Positions 21,830 through 33,086 of a DNA stretch of 64,000 nucleotides are shown piece after piece. The DNA is from Prochlorococcus sp. scB241_528O2 (GTDB taxonomy: Bacteria; Cyanobacteriota; Cyanobacteriia; PCC-6307; Cyanobiaceae), in the NCBI GenBank assembly GCA_000634115.1, contig JFLJ01000123.1, positions 8,193 through 72,192 of the forward strand. The letters run 5' to 3'. A model generated the notes under the pieces. The model saw only the letters and a list, made by a program, of their open reading frames with translations, did no database searches and was not told where the DNA came from. Both the position numbers and the translations under genes were made by a program. The stretch's first letter is position 1; each line of letters opens with the position of its first letter.

Positions 21830-21866
21830 ATTCTAAGATGAAAAAATTTATTTTTAAAGGTATAAA

Positions 21867-22769
21867 ATGACTGAGTTTATAAATAATATTTCAGATTTTG
21901 AAGAATATCTTAAACACACAAAAAAGGTTGTTGAAGAGGCACTTGATTTCTCACTAGGTCCCGAAAATCCAGAAATTCTTAGAGAATCAATGAGATATTC
22001 TCTATTAGCTGGAGGGAAAAGAATACGTCCAATTTTATGTTTAGCATCTTGTTCACTAGCTGGAGGAGAGCCCTCTCTAGCTGTTCCTACAGCGGTTGCG
22101 ATAGAAATGATTCATACAATGTCCTTAATTCATGATGATTTGCCCGCTATGGACAATGATGACTTAAGGAGAGGTAGACCTACAAACCATAAAGTGTATG
22201 GAGATGCAATAGCTATTCTTGCTGGCGATGCTTTATTAACAAGAGCTTTTGAAATGGTCTCTCTAAGAAGTCCTGGAGTAGATCCAACAAGATTATTAAA
22301 TGTAATTGGTGAACTTTCCTTGGTAGCAGGTGCGCCAGGTTTAGTGGGTGGACAAGTTGTAGATCTAGAATGCGAAGGTAAAGAAGTTGACCTTGAAACG
22401 CTTGAGTATATTCATCTTCACAAGACTGGGGCTTTATTAAAAGCTTGCGTAAGAACAGGTGCGATGATAGCAGGAGCTAACGAAGAACTGTTACAAGCTC
22501 TGACAACATATGCAGAGGGAATTGGATTAGCATTCCAAATTATAGATGATATTCTTGATTTAACTTCAAGCAGTGAAAAGCTCGGTAAAACTGCCGGCAA
22601 AGATCTTTTGGCTGACAAAACTACATACCCTAAATTACTTGGAATGGAGGAGTCAAAGAAAAGAGCATTTGATTTAGTAGAAAAAGCAAAGAAAGCAATA
22701 GAACCATGGGGTTCAGATGCAAAGTATTTAATATCGCTAGCTGACTTTATTACAAATAGAGATCGATAA
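21867..22769 (+). CDS. crtE: Geranylgeranyl diphosphate synthase
   Basis: [42 protein letters not shown]. Confidence 0.94.
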   Translation: MTEFINNISDFEEYLKHTKKVVEEALDFSLGPENPEILRESMRYSLLAGGKRIRPILCLASCSLAGGEPSLAVPTAVAIEMIHTMSLIHDDLPAMDNDDLRRGRPTNHKVYGDAIAILAGDALLTRAFEMVSLRSPGVDPTRLLNVIGELSLVAGAPGLVGGQVVDLECEGKEVDLETLEYIHLHKTGALLKACVRTGAMIAGANEELLQALTTYAEGIGLAFQIIDDILDLTSSSEKLGKTAGKDLLADKTTYPKLLGMEESKKRAFDLVEKAKKAIEPWGSDAKYLISLADFITNRDR

Positions 22770-22783
22770 TATAGTTTAAATCT

Positions 22784-23263
22784 ATGTCTGACTTTTTTGA
22801 CTTTTTAAATAATTCAGTTCTTTTCTGGAGTTTGTTATCCTGTTTAATAGCTCAATTTCTTAAAATTCTATTTAATTTATATTCTACTGGAGAGATAAGA
22901 TTTGGAATTATTTTCGAGACAGGTGGTATGCCTTCAAGTCATTCGGCCTTAATAACTGGTGCAGCATCTGGAATAGGTTATGAGATAGGATTTGATAGTT
23001 CAATATTCGCATTAGCAGTTGCCATAGCACTTATAGTTATGTATGACGCTAGTGGGGTGAGAAAATCAGCTGGAATTCAAGCTGCAGAAATCAATAAGCT
23101 ATCAAAGAAACTAAACCCTAAATCTGAGGTAATTTTAAAAGAAACCCTGGGGCATACGAAAATTGAGGTGATGGTGGGGAGTTTTTTAGGACCATTAATT
23201 ACTTTGCCAGGAATGTTTTTTTTAGGTTCCCCTCTTAAAATATTCGATTTGATAATAAATTAA
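22784..23263 (+). CDS. Divergent PAP2 family membrane protein (DUF212)
   Basis: AQFLK, TGGMPSSHSA, MYDASGVR, ETLGHT. Confidence 0.88.
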   Translation: MSDFFDFLNNSVLFWSLLSCLIAQFLKILFNLYSTGEIRFGIIFETGGMPSSHSALITGAASGIGYEIGFDSSIFALAVAIALIVMYDASGVRKSAGIQAAEINKLSKKLNPKSEVILKETLGHTKIEVMVGSFLGPLITLPGMFFLGSPLKIFDLIIN

Positions 23264-23271
23264 GAATCCTG

Positions 23272-24651
23272 TCAATAATCAATTTGAGTAGCATCAATAA
23301 AGTTTTTTGCAACTTCTGGAGAACTTGGCAAATGTAAGTGAATCCAACTTGCATGTAATTTCTTATCAAACATGCCTTCATTTTTGTATTCAGCTTCCCA
23401 AGATTTAATTTTCCATGGGTAATCAAGTTTATTATGATGCTCAGCTTTTCTTAAATTAAATTCAGATAAATTATTTTCAATTTCCCAATAATGAAATTCA
23501 TGTCCTCTAATTAATTGATTTCGTTTAATTATCGGAGTTTCTTTTAAACCTTCAATGTACCTATAACCTACTGTTAGTTTACTTTTTTTTGAACTAAAAG
23601 GTAAAATACCACTCATTTTATGTGTTTTACCATTTTCATCTTTTATCCAGTCTCCTAAAATCATCATCCCACCACATTCAGCATATATAAATCCATTTTT
23701 GCGGAATTCCCTTAACGAATTTAAACTTTTTCTAGAGTTACTTATATGATCAGCATATTTTTCAGGGAATCCACCTGGAATAATTAAAGAAGAAGCCTCA
23801 TGAGGTATTTCCTCATCATCATAAATACTCCATGAAATTAAAGGTATTCCTATTTCACTCAAAAACTCTTTAGTTTCAGGGTATTGAAAATGAAAGATTT
23901 TATCTTCTACAATTGCAATAGGTTTAGTTTTGTCTATTTTAAAATCATCAAAACTGACAGAATTAAATATTTTCTTTTGAGGAGATATAAGAAATTTACT
24001 TAGAGAAAATACGTCTAGATTTTTTTCGGCAAAACTTGCAAAATATTCAACATCAATTTCTTTGCCCTTATCTAATGGAGATATCAATCCTAAATTAGCT
24101 TTGTTTAAATTTATTTTTGAATCAGAAGGTAAAAAACCAAGAACTTCGATATCTTCATTTTTAAAAACTTCTTCGATTAAATTTTTATGTCTATCTGAAT
24201 TAACGTTATTAAATATAATACCTGCTATAGACAAATCACTATCGAAATTTCTAAAACCTCGAACAGTTGCCAAAAGAGAAGCTACTTGTCCTGTAGCATT
24301 AACAATAAAAATTATTGGAGCATTAAGAAGTTTAGCAACATTTGCCGTGCTTGAATAAGTTGTTGCCCCCAATCCATCAAAAAGGCCCATTGCTCCCTCA
24401 ATTAAGGAAAATTCATATTTTAAAGAATGCTTAAAAAAGCTTTCTAAAACCCATTCTTCACCACTTAAAAAAATATCTAAATTTCTACAAATAGGTTGGC
24501 CAATTGAACTAAGTTGTTGTTGATCAAGATAATCTGGACCAACCTTGAAAGTTTGTATCTTTATACCTTTTGAAAAAGCCCAACAAGATATCAAAAGCGA
24601 TAGGGTAGTTTTACCACTATCAGTTGAAGGAGAGGATATTACACAAGGCAT
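23272..24651 (-). CDS. cobB: Cobyrinate/hydrogenobyrinate a,c-diamide synthase
   Basis: SGKTT, FKVGPDYLD, EGAMGLFDG, GGFPE, YAECGG, GHEFHY. Confidence 0.92.
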   Translation of the reverse strand: MPCVISSPSTDSGKTTLSLLISCWAFSKGIKIQTFKVGPDYLDQQQLSSIGQPICRNLDIFLSGEEWVLESFFKHSLKYEFSLIEGAMGLFDGLGATTYSSTANVAKLLNAPIIFIVNATGQVASLLATVRGFRNFDSDLSIAGIIFNNVNSDRHKNLIEEVFKNEDIEVLGFLPSDSKINLNKANLGLISPLDKGKEIDVEYFASFAEKNLDVFSLSKFLISPQKKIFNSVSFDDFKIDKTKPIAIVEDKIFHFQYPETKEFLSEIGIPLISWSIYDDEEIPHEASSLIIPGGFPEKYADHISNSRKSLNSLREFRKNGFIYAECGGMMILGDWIKDENGKTHKMSGILPFSSKKSKLTVGYRYIEGLKETPIIKRNQLIRGHEFHYWEIENNLSEFNLRKAEHHNKLDYPWKIKSWEAEYKNEGMFDKKLHASWIHLHLPSSPEVAKNFIDATQIDY

Positions 24652-24654
24652 TTA

Positions 24655-25953
24655 TTAGTTTAAAAAACCATTAAATATTTGAAGCGCTATTTTAATAGTA
24701 TTTTCAAAAAGAGGACTTGTATTACCTCTACTACTTCCCAATAGTTTACTAACATCATACTCGGATGATGAGAAAGAATTTGGAACAACTTGCTCTATTA
24801 ATTCCATATTAGCCATTCCCCCTGCTTCAAGTCTCATACATTCAACTGACTCACATCCAAGTATTATACAAGTATTATTTTTTTGAACATCACTAACTTT
24901 TGAAATCAACCTCAATCCAATAACTTGTCCTAAATGAAAACTTGGATTACCCAAAGGTAAAGGATTAATAGATGTAGAAATTTTTTCGCCATCAATTCTC
25001 TCAAATTCTATTCTTGTTAATTCACTATCCATTTCAATTCTTAGAAAAGACCAACCAAGTTTATCGCTAATCCATGAGATCAAAAACAATGCTTGAATCA
25101 TATGATCTCCTGCGATATCAATATCAATATCAGTAATATGATCTAAAATTGGTCTCCTAGATGGCGGATCAAAAATCATCGCCAATGATTCTCTCCAGTT
25201 TTTCAACCTGACCCAATTTAAATCATTAATAGCTTTATTTGATTTCTTTAATTGATCTAAAACTTTTAAACATCTATTCGGCGATCCGAGAGCAGTATCA
25301 ATTATTAATCTTTGACCATGATTAGTAAAGTATTCAAAAATTTCAGGCGATTCATCCAAACTTCCATTCCACCACAACCAAGAAGGTAATTCATCAATAG
25401 ATAATTCATCAATTATTTTTAAACCTTTATGACTTATTGCAGCAGAGTCCCCCCTAACAACAACTAAATCCCCACATATAGGTTGTATAGATGTACTATC
25501 ACTTAATGGACAGTAAGCAGATACAAAAGTTTTGATGTCTGAATTATTTAATGTAGGAGCTAAAGTTATTAATCTCCTTGGATTTAATGTACTTATTGAT
25601 GATTCAAAAAATTGGCCTCTAAAGTCTTCAAAATCGTTATTAGATAAATTTTGCTTTAACAAATCCAATAACTCTTCACTATTAAAGGAAGTAGTAAGAG
25701 GAAGTCCTTCATCTAGTATAAATTTTTTTACTACTTCAATTATTTCTGGACTTAAATTTCCAGTAATTGGTCCTTTTACTAATCCTTTCTGAACTAAACA
25801 TTGTTCTAGCCAGGCAGGCTGCCAAATTATTAATGTAAAAGTATTGGCTCCAGAATTATCTGTATCTTCTGAAATCCATAACTTATTAAGGTAATTAGAA
25901 ACTTCCTCATGAGGAAGCTCTAATGGGGTTTGAAGTGTTAATTGAGGTTTCAT
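24655..25953 (-). CDS. opcA: G6PDH assembly/activator protein OpcA
   Basis: SAYCPL, LPSWLWWNG, DLNWVRLKNWRE; directly downstream of zwf. Confidence 0.93.
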   Translation of the reverse strand: MKPQLTLQTPLELPHEEVSNYLNKLWISEDTDNSGANTFTLIIWQPAWLEQCLVQKGLVKGPITGNLSPEIIEVVKKFILDEGLPLTTSFNSEELLDLLKQNLSNNDFEDFRGQFFESSISTLNPRRLITLAPTLNNSDIKTFVSAYCPLSDSTSIQPICGDLVVVRGDSAAISHKGLKIIDELSIDELPSWLWWNGSLDESPEIFEYFTNHGQRLIIDTALGSPNRCLKVLDQLKKSNKAINDLNWVRLKNWRESLAMIFDPPSRRPILDHITDIDIDIAGDHMIQALFLISWISDKLGWSFLRIEMDSELTRIEFERIDGEKISTSINPLPLGNPSFHLGQVIGLRLISKVSDVQKNNTCIILGCESVECMRLEAGGMANMELIEQVVPNSFSSSEYDVSKLLGSSRGNTSPLFENTIKIALQIFNGFLN

Positions 25954-25955
25954 TT

Positions 25956-27479
25956 TTAAGGTCTGCGCCAGAAAATATTATCTTTTGAAAGTAATTGATC
26001 AGACTCAGGAGGGCCCCAGGTCATAGATTCATAATTATAAGTAGGTAACTTCCAAGGAGAATTATCCATCAATTCTATTAATGGCGTATAAAGTTTCCAA
26101 GCAGCCTCTACTTCATCACTTCTTGTAAATAAAGTTGGATCTGAAAGCATTGCGTCAGCTAATAATCTTACATAGCCTTCATCAGAGGGTTCTCCGAATG
26201 ATTCATCATAAGAAAATTCCATTTCAACAGGTCTGGATTTCATTCCAGAACCAGGAGACTTTACCTCGAATTTAAAAGTAGCGCCCTCATTTGGTTGAAT
26301 TCTAAGAATAAGTTGATTTGATGAAGGATTTATTATTGTTGATTCAAATAAATGAACAGGTACGTCTTTGAATGTTAAGACTATTTCACCAAGTCTTTTG
26401 GGCAGTCTTTTCCCTGTTCTCAAATAAAAAGGAACCCCTTGCCAGCGCCAGTTATCAACGAAAACTTTTGCTGCAACATAAGTTTCTGTAGTGCTATTAC
26501 AGTGCACACCATCTTCCTGCCTATATCCTTTGAGTCGATTTGAAATATTTCCTCCCTCTCCGTATTGACCTCTTATGCAACAATTCCAAGGTGCATTTTC
26601 ATCAGCAAGTTTTGACGCCTGAAGAACCTTAGCTTTTTCATTTCTTATTGCTTCTGGTTCAAATTTCCCAGGAGGTTCCATTGCTGTAACAGCTAGCATT
26701 TGAGTCAAATGATTTTGAAGCATATCTCTTAAAGCACCAGAGCTTTCGTAATAACCTGCTCTATCTTCAACACCTACTGTTTCAGATGAAGTAATTTGAA
26801 CACTTGATATATAATTTCTATTCCAGATTGGTTCAAAAATAGTGTTAGCAAACCTCAAAACAAGAATATTTTGTACTGTCTCTTTACCTAAATAATGGTC
26901 AATCCTATAAATCTGACTTTCTTCAGCACAACTTTGAACAATTTTGTTCAGTTTTTTTGCACTTGAATAATCTCTTCCAAAAGGTTTTTCAATCACCAAA
27001 CGACTTTTCTTAGGGTCATCTAAAAGGCCTGCCTTTTTAAGCGCTAAACATCCACTTGCATAGAAATTAGGTGATACTGATAAATAAAATGTTCTATTCC
27101 CATGAGTAGCTTGTGTTTTATCAATTTCATTTAACCTTTGCGAAAGCCTTACAACATGTTGGCTTTCTTGTAAATCAACTGGTTCATAGAATAGATAATT
27201 AGAAAATTGCTCCCATTCTTTTTCTTTACCTGATATTTGATTAGAGAGCTTTGCTTTCATATTTTTTCTAAACTCATTATCAGTCCAAGGTCTTCTCGCA
27301 CAACCTACTATTGCAAATTCACTAGGAATTCTTCTTTGCAAATAGAGTTCAAATAAGGCTGGTATTAATTTTCTATGAGTAAGGTCTCCACTAGCACCAA
27401 AGATTACTAAGCATTGTGGAGATATAACTCTTTCCTGACGTAAGCCTAATCTAAGAGGATTACTTAAAGTTGAAGGCAT
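25956..27479 (-). CDS. zwf: Glucose-6-phosphate 1-dehydrogenase
   Basis: GASGDL, EKPFG, RIDHYLGKE, RWQGVPFYLRTGK. Confidence 0.97.
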   Translation of the reverse strand: MPSTLSNPLRLGLRQERVISPQCLVIFGASGDLTHRKLIPALFELYLQRRIPSEFAIVGCARRPWTDNEFRKNMKAKLSNQISGKEKEWEQFSNYLFYEPVDLQESQHVVRLSQRLNEIDKTQATHGNRTFYLSVSPNFYASGCLALKKAGLLDDPKKSRLVIEKPFGRDYSSAKKLNKIVQSCAEESQIYRIDHYLGKETVQNILVLRFANTIFEPIWNRNYISSVQITSSETVGVEDRAGYYESSGALRDMLQNHLTQMLAVTAMEPPGKFEPEAIRNEKAKVLQASKLADENAPWNCCIRGQYGEGGNISNRLKGYRQEDGVHCNSTTETYVAAKVFVDNWRWQGVPFYLRTGKRLPKRLGEIVLTFKDVPVHLFESTIINPSSNQLILRIQPNEGATFKFEVKSPGSGMKSRPVEMEFSYDESFGEPSDEGYVRLLADAMLSDPTLFTRSDEVEAAWKLYTPLIELMDNSPWKLPTYNYESMTWGPPESDQLLSKDNIFWRRP

Positions 27480-27588
27480 ATTTTTAATATTCTTATTTTT
27501 AAAATCCTCTTTTTTTCCAAGATTAGCTACATATTGTGTCTAAACCAAAAAGTATCACAGTATAGACTCAAATTTAAATCTCAAAGAT

Positions 27589-28719
<1,131 letters not shown>

Positions 28720-28897
28720 TTAGATTTCTTTTATAAAAGATTATCAATTTGTAGTTTAATTTGTAGTGATTATACAAAAATGGTTACGTTTTGAGATCGG
28801 AATAAATAAATGAAATTATTTTTATTTTTCGATATTTCTTGTTTTTATCTGTATAGTTACACAGAAATAATTTTTTATCTAATTAAAAAATTCATTT

Positions 28898-29434
28898 ATG
28901 AATAATCCTCAAGAATCAGTAAATCATTCTAAAAACAATGATTACAGGACAATTGAGCAAACTATGGAAAAGCTTTCTGGCGGAACAAGACGACTTGCAG
29001 CTCAACTTACAACTTCTGCAAGTTTTGATTCTTTATGGAATGTTTTAACAGATTATGATCGACTGAATCTCTACATCCCCAATCTATTGTCAAGCAAAAA
29101 AATATATCAAAAGGACAATAACGTCCATTTAAAACAAGTTGGAGCTCAAGATTTCCTTGGCATGAAATTTTCAGCTGAAGTAACTATCGATTTATTTGAG
29201 GATAAAGAACTTGGTCTTTTAAAATTCAATTTAATTAAAGGTGATTTCAGGAAATTTGAAGGTAGTTGGAAAATTCAAAAAATTAAAGATACTTCAAAAA
29301 ATTCATTAATCTACGATCTTACCGTTCAGGGTTGTCAATGGATGCCTATAGGCATGATAGAGAAGAGACTAAAAAAAGATCTTTCAGAAAATTTAATAGC
29401 TGTTGATAGACAAGCAAAGTCATCAATAAGATAG
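28898..29434 (+). CDS. SRPBCC/START (polyketide cyclase, Coq10-like) protein
   Basis: LWNVLTDYDRL..YIPNL, GDFRKFEGSW, MP..MIE. Confidence 0.85.
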   Translation: MNNPQESVNHSKNNDYRTIEQTMEKLSGGTRRLAAQLTTSASFDSLWNVLTDYDRLNLYIPNLLSSKKIYQKDNNVHLKQVGAQDFLGMKFSAEVTIDLFEDKELGLLKFNLIKGDFRKFEGSWKIQKIKDTSKNSLIYDLTVQGCQWMPIGMIEKRLKKDLSENLIAVDRQAKSSIR

Positions 29435-29450
29435 TTTAATTTTTTTTAAA

Positions 29451-29523
29451 TAGCCCCAAGGGGATTCGAACCCCTGTCGCCTCCGTGAAAGGGAGGTGTC
29501 CTAGGCCTCTAGACGATGGGGCC
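29451..29523 (-). tRNA. trnE: tRNA-Glu (UUC)
   Basis: GGCCCCA/UGGGGCU acceptor stem, CCUCC-CUUUCAC-GGAGG anticodon arm, AGGGG-UUCGAAU-CCCCU T arm; CCA not encoded. Confidence 0.96.
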
Positions 29524-29564
29524 AGGAAATTAGCATAACAGCTTATTAAAAATTAAGAGTAAGG

Positions 29565-30683
29565 CTAGCCTTTCGTCAAGTATTGTTGCTCTTTGTTTTG
29601 TCCTTGCCACACAGGAACGGTGAAATGGAAGCATGAACCTTCACCAATTTCAGACACAACCCATATTCTTCCTCCATGGACCTGCACTATTCTCCTGCAT
29701 ACAGATAACCCGATCCCAAATCCTGAAGTTCCTTCAGAAGTCTGTGGGAGCCTGACTCTATCAAGAAAAATTCTTTTTTGTTCGCTCAAAGGAATACCAG
29801 CACCTTTGTCACAAATTGTTATTTCTACCCATTGATTGGTCTTATGCATCATTGTAATTTTTATAGATCCAGAGTCTTTAGAAAATTTAACAGCATTTTC
29901 AATTAAATTTAAAAATACTTGCCTCATTCTTCTTTGATCTGCAAATACACTTGGCAAATCTGATGGGATATCAGTATCAATTTCAATATTCCTTAATCTC
30001 CAGAATTTTTCTAATTCGAGTATTACTTCAGCACTAATATTACCTAAATCAATTTTCTGAGGATTAAATAACGCTTCCCATTTGGTTGTTCCGACTTCTA
30101 ATAGATCCTGAGATAAAAGTTCAATCTCTTCTAATCGTCTTTTTATCACCTCTTGCAATTTTGAAATATCTATTTGTCCAAGTTTTTGACTTTGAACAGC
30201 CAAAGTGGCTGCAGTTAAGGGAGTCCTTAATTCATGCGCAACCATTCTTAGCAATCTTTCCTGAGATTCTATTCTTTTTGTTAATGTCTCATTTTCTTGT
30301 CTTAAAACAAGAAGTTCGTCTTCTAGAAGAAATTCTTTTTGAGTTCTTATTGAATCAATTTTGGATGGTTGCAAATTAATCCCTAGGTTTTTTGTTAAAC
30401 CTTCCTGTGTCCACCTTGGCAACCATTTCTGCAACTGAGAGAAAATATTACTTCCAGCAAATATTTGCTTTGGAGATGGAGAGACCTTTATTAGAGCGGG
30501 GATAGCAACTAATCTATGTAATTCAAGTAATTCTGGCTGTTCTGTAGGCTCAGAAATCTGAAGAGATATCTCAAAATCACAATCCACTGATTCTAAAAAA
30601 GCTATCACAGACTTAATATCACTACTAGAAAGTTGATTTCTAGCTGCTACAAGTATTAATTTTAGCTCTTTTTTATCATTCAA
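29565..30683 (-). CDS. sasA: Circadian output histidine kinase with KaiB-like N-terminal domain
   Basis: [20 protein letters not shown] KaiB-like region, [29 protein letters not shown]. Confidence 0.88.
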   Translation of the reverse strand: MNDKKELKLILVAARNQLSSSDIKSVIAFLESVDCDFEISLQISEPTEQPELLELHRLVAIPALIKVSPSPKQIFAGSNIFSQLQKWLPRWTQEGLTKNLGINLQPSKIDSIRTQKEFLLEDELLVLRQENETLTKRIESQERLLRMVAHELRTPLTAATLAVQSQKLGQIDISKLQEVIKRRLEEIELLSQDLLEVGTTKWEALFNPQKIDLGNISAEVILELEKFWRLRNIEIDTDIPSDLPSVFADQRRMRQVFLNLIENAVKFSKDSGSIKITMMHKTNQWVEITICDKGAGIPLSEQKRIFLDRVRLPQTSEGTSGFGIGLSVCRRIVQVHGGRIWVVSEIGEGSCFHFTVPVWQGQNKEQQYLTKG

Positions 30684-30790
30684 ATAATTACCCCTGAAGT
30701 GTTGAAAAGCTGTTAATCCTTATGATCACATTAAGATATTTTTTTTTATTCTACTTATAAGCTATGAAATAATATAGGACTTATTTATAT

Positions 30791-31333
30791 ATGGTTGTTA
30801 TTAATCAAAAGAAAAATCTAAATTATGGAGAAAATAATCCTCCAGAAATTAGTTTAAATAGTAATTTAAAAAGATGGTTTTCAAGAAATATTGGATTGTG
30901 GAAATCTAATAGAACTTATTTTCTTGATGAAACACAAAAAACTTATAATTTATGTATGAATTTAAATATACAAGCTCTTGAAAATAAATCTGAATGGGAG
31001 TCGCACTATAAATTCACCTGGTACCCAGAAAAAAATTATAATTTTTTTGTGGAAAATCCCCAATATAAAGAAAAAGGAGAAATGCGTGCATTCTTAAAGG
31101 GGCACCAACTCATGAGGGAAAATTTTTATTTAAGTAATGATGAAGGAATTTCAAATATTAAGCAAGTCGATGAACATGAAATGATATTTGAATCTTCTTA
31201 TAGAGATTGGTATGTTATTGAGCATACAAGACTAGTAGATTTGGATAATTATAGATTCAGGGTTATATATTCATGGAACAAAGATAAACTCAAAATAGTA
31301 GAGAATCATCATGAAATTAAAATTAATAATTAA
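30791..31333 (+). CDS. Hypothetical protein, CpcS/CpeS-like lyase barrel
   Basis: WFSRNIGLWKSNRTY resembles the F..S.G.W.S.R motif of S-type lyases; later IEH..L..YRFR and C-terminal HEIK. Confidence 0.55.
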   Translation: MVVINQKKNLNYGENNPPEISLNSNLKRWFSRNIGLWKSNRTYFLDETQKTYNLCMNLNIQALENKSEWESHYKFTWYPEKNYNFFVENPQYKEKGEMRAFLKGHQLMRENFYLSNDEGISNIKQVDEHEMIFESSYRDWYVIEHTRLVDLDNYRFRVIYSWNKDKLKIVENHHEIKINN

Positions 31334-31379
31334 AAACTTAAAATAACAATGTTATCTTAATTAGTAAATTTTTGTATTT

Positions 31380-31829
31380 ATGGGTACTAATTTCCGATCA
31401 AAAAGGTTTTTAAATTTATTAAATATTCCCTTAATTTTTTACCTAATTATTTGTGAAATAAATATTTCAAACAAAAGGCTATACGCTAATACAAAACCTC
31501 AAGCTACTCAGCAAGATATCTTTTTGTATAAACAAATGGGGGCTTCTTACCTCTGTAAATCAATTAATGACAAAATTGATTTTGACTTCAAAAAAGCTTT
31601 TGCAGTTTCAACATATACATTTGCGGAAGTTATTTTTTCTAAACATGGCAATTTAATTAAAGAAGCAGGCAAAGAAAAATTAACTCCAGAAAGAGTACTT
31701 TTCATAGGTGAGATTGAAATTCTTAACAGCGCAATTAAAATTTGCCCTAAACAAATACCTAATGATGTTAAGAAAAGGTTTGAAGAGACTCTCAAAAAAT
31801 TAAAAAAGCAAACAAATAGAAAGAAGTAA
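31380..31829 (+). CDS. Hypothetical exported/membrane-anchored protein
   Basis: Basic then hydrophobic N-terminus; helical body with SYLC and KICP cysteines. Confidence 0.7.
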   Translation: MGTNFRSKRFLNLLNIPLIFYLIICEINISNKRLYANTKPQATQQDIFLYKQMGASYLCKSINDKIDFDFKKAFAVSTYTFAEVIFSKHGNLIKEAGKEKLTPERVLFIGEIEILNSAIKICPKQIPNDVKKRFEETLKKLKKQTNRKK

Positions 31830-31839
31830 TATCAGATAA

Positions 31840-32835
31840 TTATCTAAACATTGAGCTAACTGAACTTTCTTCATGAATTCTCCAAATAGCTTCACCTAAC
31901 ATATTTGCAACTGATAAAACCTTTAGCTGAGGAAAACTATCTTTAATTACAACAGGTATGCTATTAGTTACTATTACTTGCTCAAACAAATCTTTAGTAC
32001 TTAATCTTTCATAAGATGGTGGAGAAAATACAGCATGTGAAGCGCAAGCGAATATTCTTTTAGCACCTTCTTGTTTTAATAGATTCGCTCCAGAACAAAT
32101 TGTACCTCCAGTATCTATCATATCGTCTATTAAAATAGCAGTCTTACCTTTAACTTCTCCAATGACAGTTAAACTTTCGGCAACATTATGAGCGGCTCTT
32201 CTTTTGTCAATTATCGCCAAAGGAGCATCCTTCATTTGTTTTGCAAATGCTCTTGCTCTAGCAACTCCCCCCACATCAGGAGAGACAACAACAACTTCTT
32301 CTAACTTTAAAGATTCTAAATAATCAATCAAAACGGGTGAACCATAAATATGGTCGCATGGTATATCAAAATAACCTTGTATTTGAGCCGAATGTAAATC
32401 CATCGCAAGAACTCTATCGACTCCTGACTTCTCAAGTAAATTAGCAGTGAGTTTTGCGGTTATGGACTCTCTCCCTGAAGTCTTTCTATCTGCTCTTGCG
32501 TATCCAAAATAAGGTATTACGGCTGTTATTTGCCTAGCGGATGCCCTCTTACAAGCATCAACCATAATCATTAGTTCCATTAAACTATCGTTTACTGGAG
32601 CGCATGTAGGTTGTATTAAAAATACATCACAACCTCTTATAGATTGTTGAATCTGAACATAAAGTTCTCCATCCGCAAATTTCTTAGATATTAAAGGTAC
32701 ATTTTGAATCCCTAAGTATGATGCAATTTCTTGGGCTAATTTAGGATTTGTTGTTCCACTCACCAATCTTAATCTACTGTTAGTTAGATTAAAATTCGAT
32801 TCTTTATTCTGCACTGCCGTGATAAAACTAGTCAC
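31840..32835 (-). CDS. prs: Ribose-phosphate pyrophosphokinase
   Basis: FADGE, PYFGYARADR, DLHSAQIQG, VSPDVGG, IDDMIDTGGT; GTG start. Confidence 0.97.
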   Translation of the reverse strand: MTSFITAVQNKESNFNLTNSRLRLVSGTTNPKLAQEIASYLGIQNVPLISKKFADGELYVQIQQSIRGCDVFLIQPTCAPVNDSLMELMIMVDACKRASARQITAVIPYFGYARADRKTSGRESITAKLTANLLEKSGVDRVLAMDLHSAQIQGYFDIPCDHIYGSPVLIDYLESLKLEEVVVVSPDVGGVARARAFAKQMKDAPLAIIDKRRAAHNVAESLTVIGEVKGKTAILIDDMIDTGGTICSGANLLKQEGAKRIFACASHAVFSPPSYERLSTKDLFEQVIVTNSIPVVIKDSFPQLKVLSVANMLGEAIWRIHEESSVSSMFR

Positions 32836-33086
32836 GAAATTAGCAATATAAAACTATATCTTTATCGTAGTCGTTTATGTGAATTTCGCACAAGATAATG
32901 AATAGATCTTTTCAAAATTCACATCTCTTAAGAAAAGATTCAAAATAGTTGATTAAAATTCATAGTGTTTTTTAATTACGTCAAAAGTAATTTGAGTTTT
33001 TTGTCAATTGAAAAAATTTTGTATATCGTTGAATTTAGAGAATAAATAAAAATTTAATTGAAAGAATCAAAATATTCTTATAAACA

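Noticed and set aside
27552-27565. GTATCACAGTATAG upstream of zwf as an NtcA box
   Set aside because: Second half-site is TAG, not TAC; one-mismatch hits are common in AT-rich DNA
29451-29523. G1-U72 wobble in the tRNA-Glu acceptor stem as a sign of a pseudogene
   Set aside because: G1-U72 is usual in cyanobacterial and plastid tRNA-Glu, and the rest of the cloverleaf is intact
29451-29565. tRNA-Glu as an island integration site
   Set aside because: No integrase, no duplicated tRNA 3' end noticed, and housekeeping genes on both sides
32878-32892. TGTGA-N5-GCACA as a CRP site
   Set aside because: Spacer is 5 rather than 6 and the second half-site is mismatched
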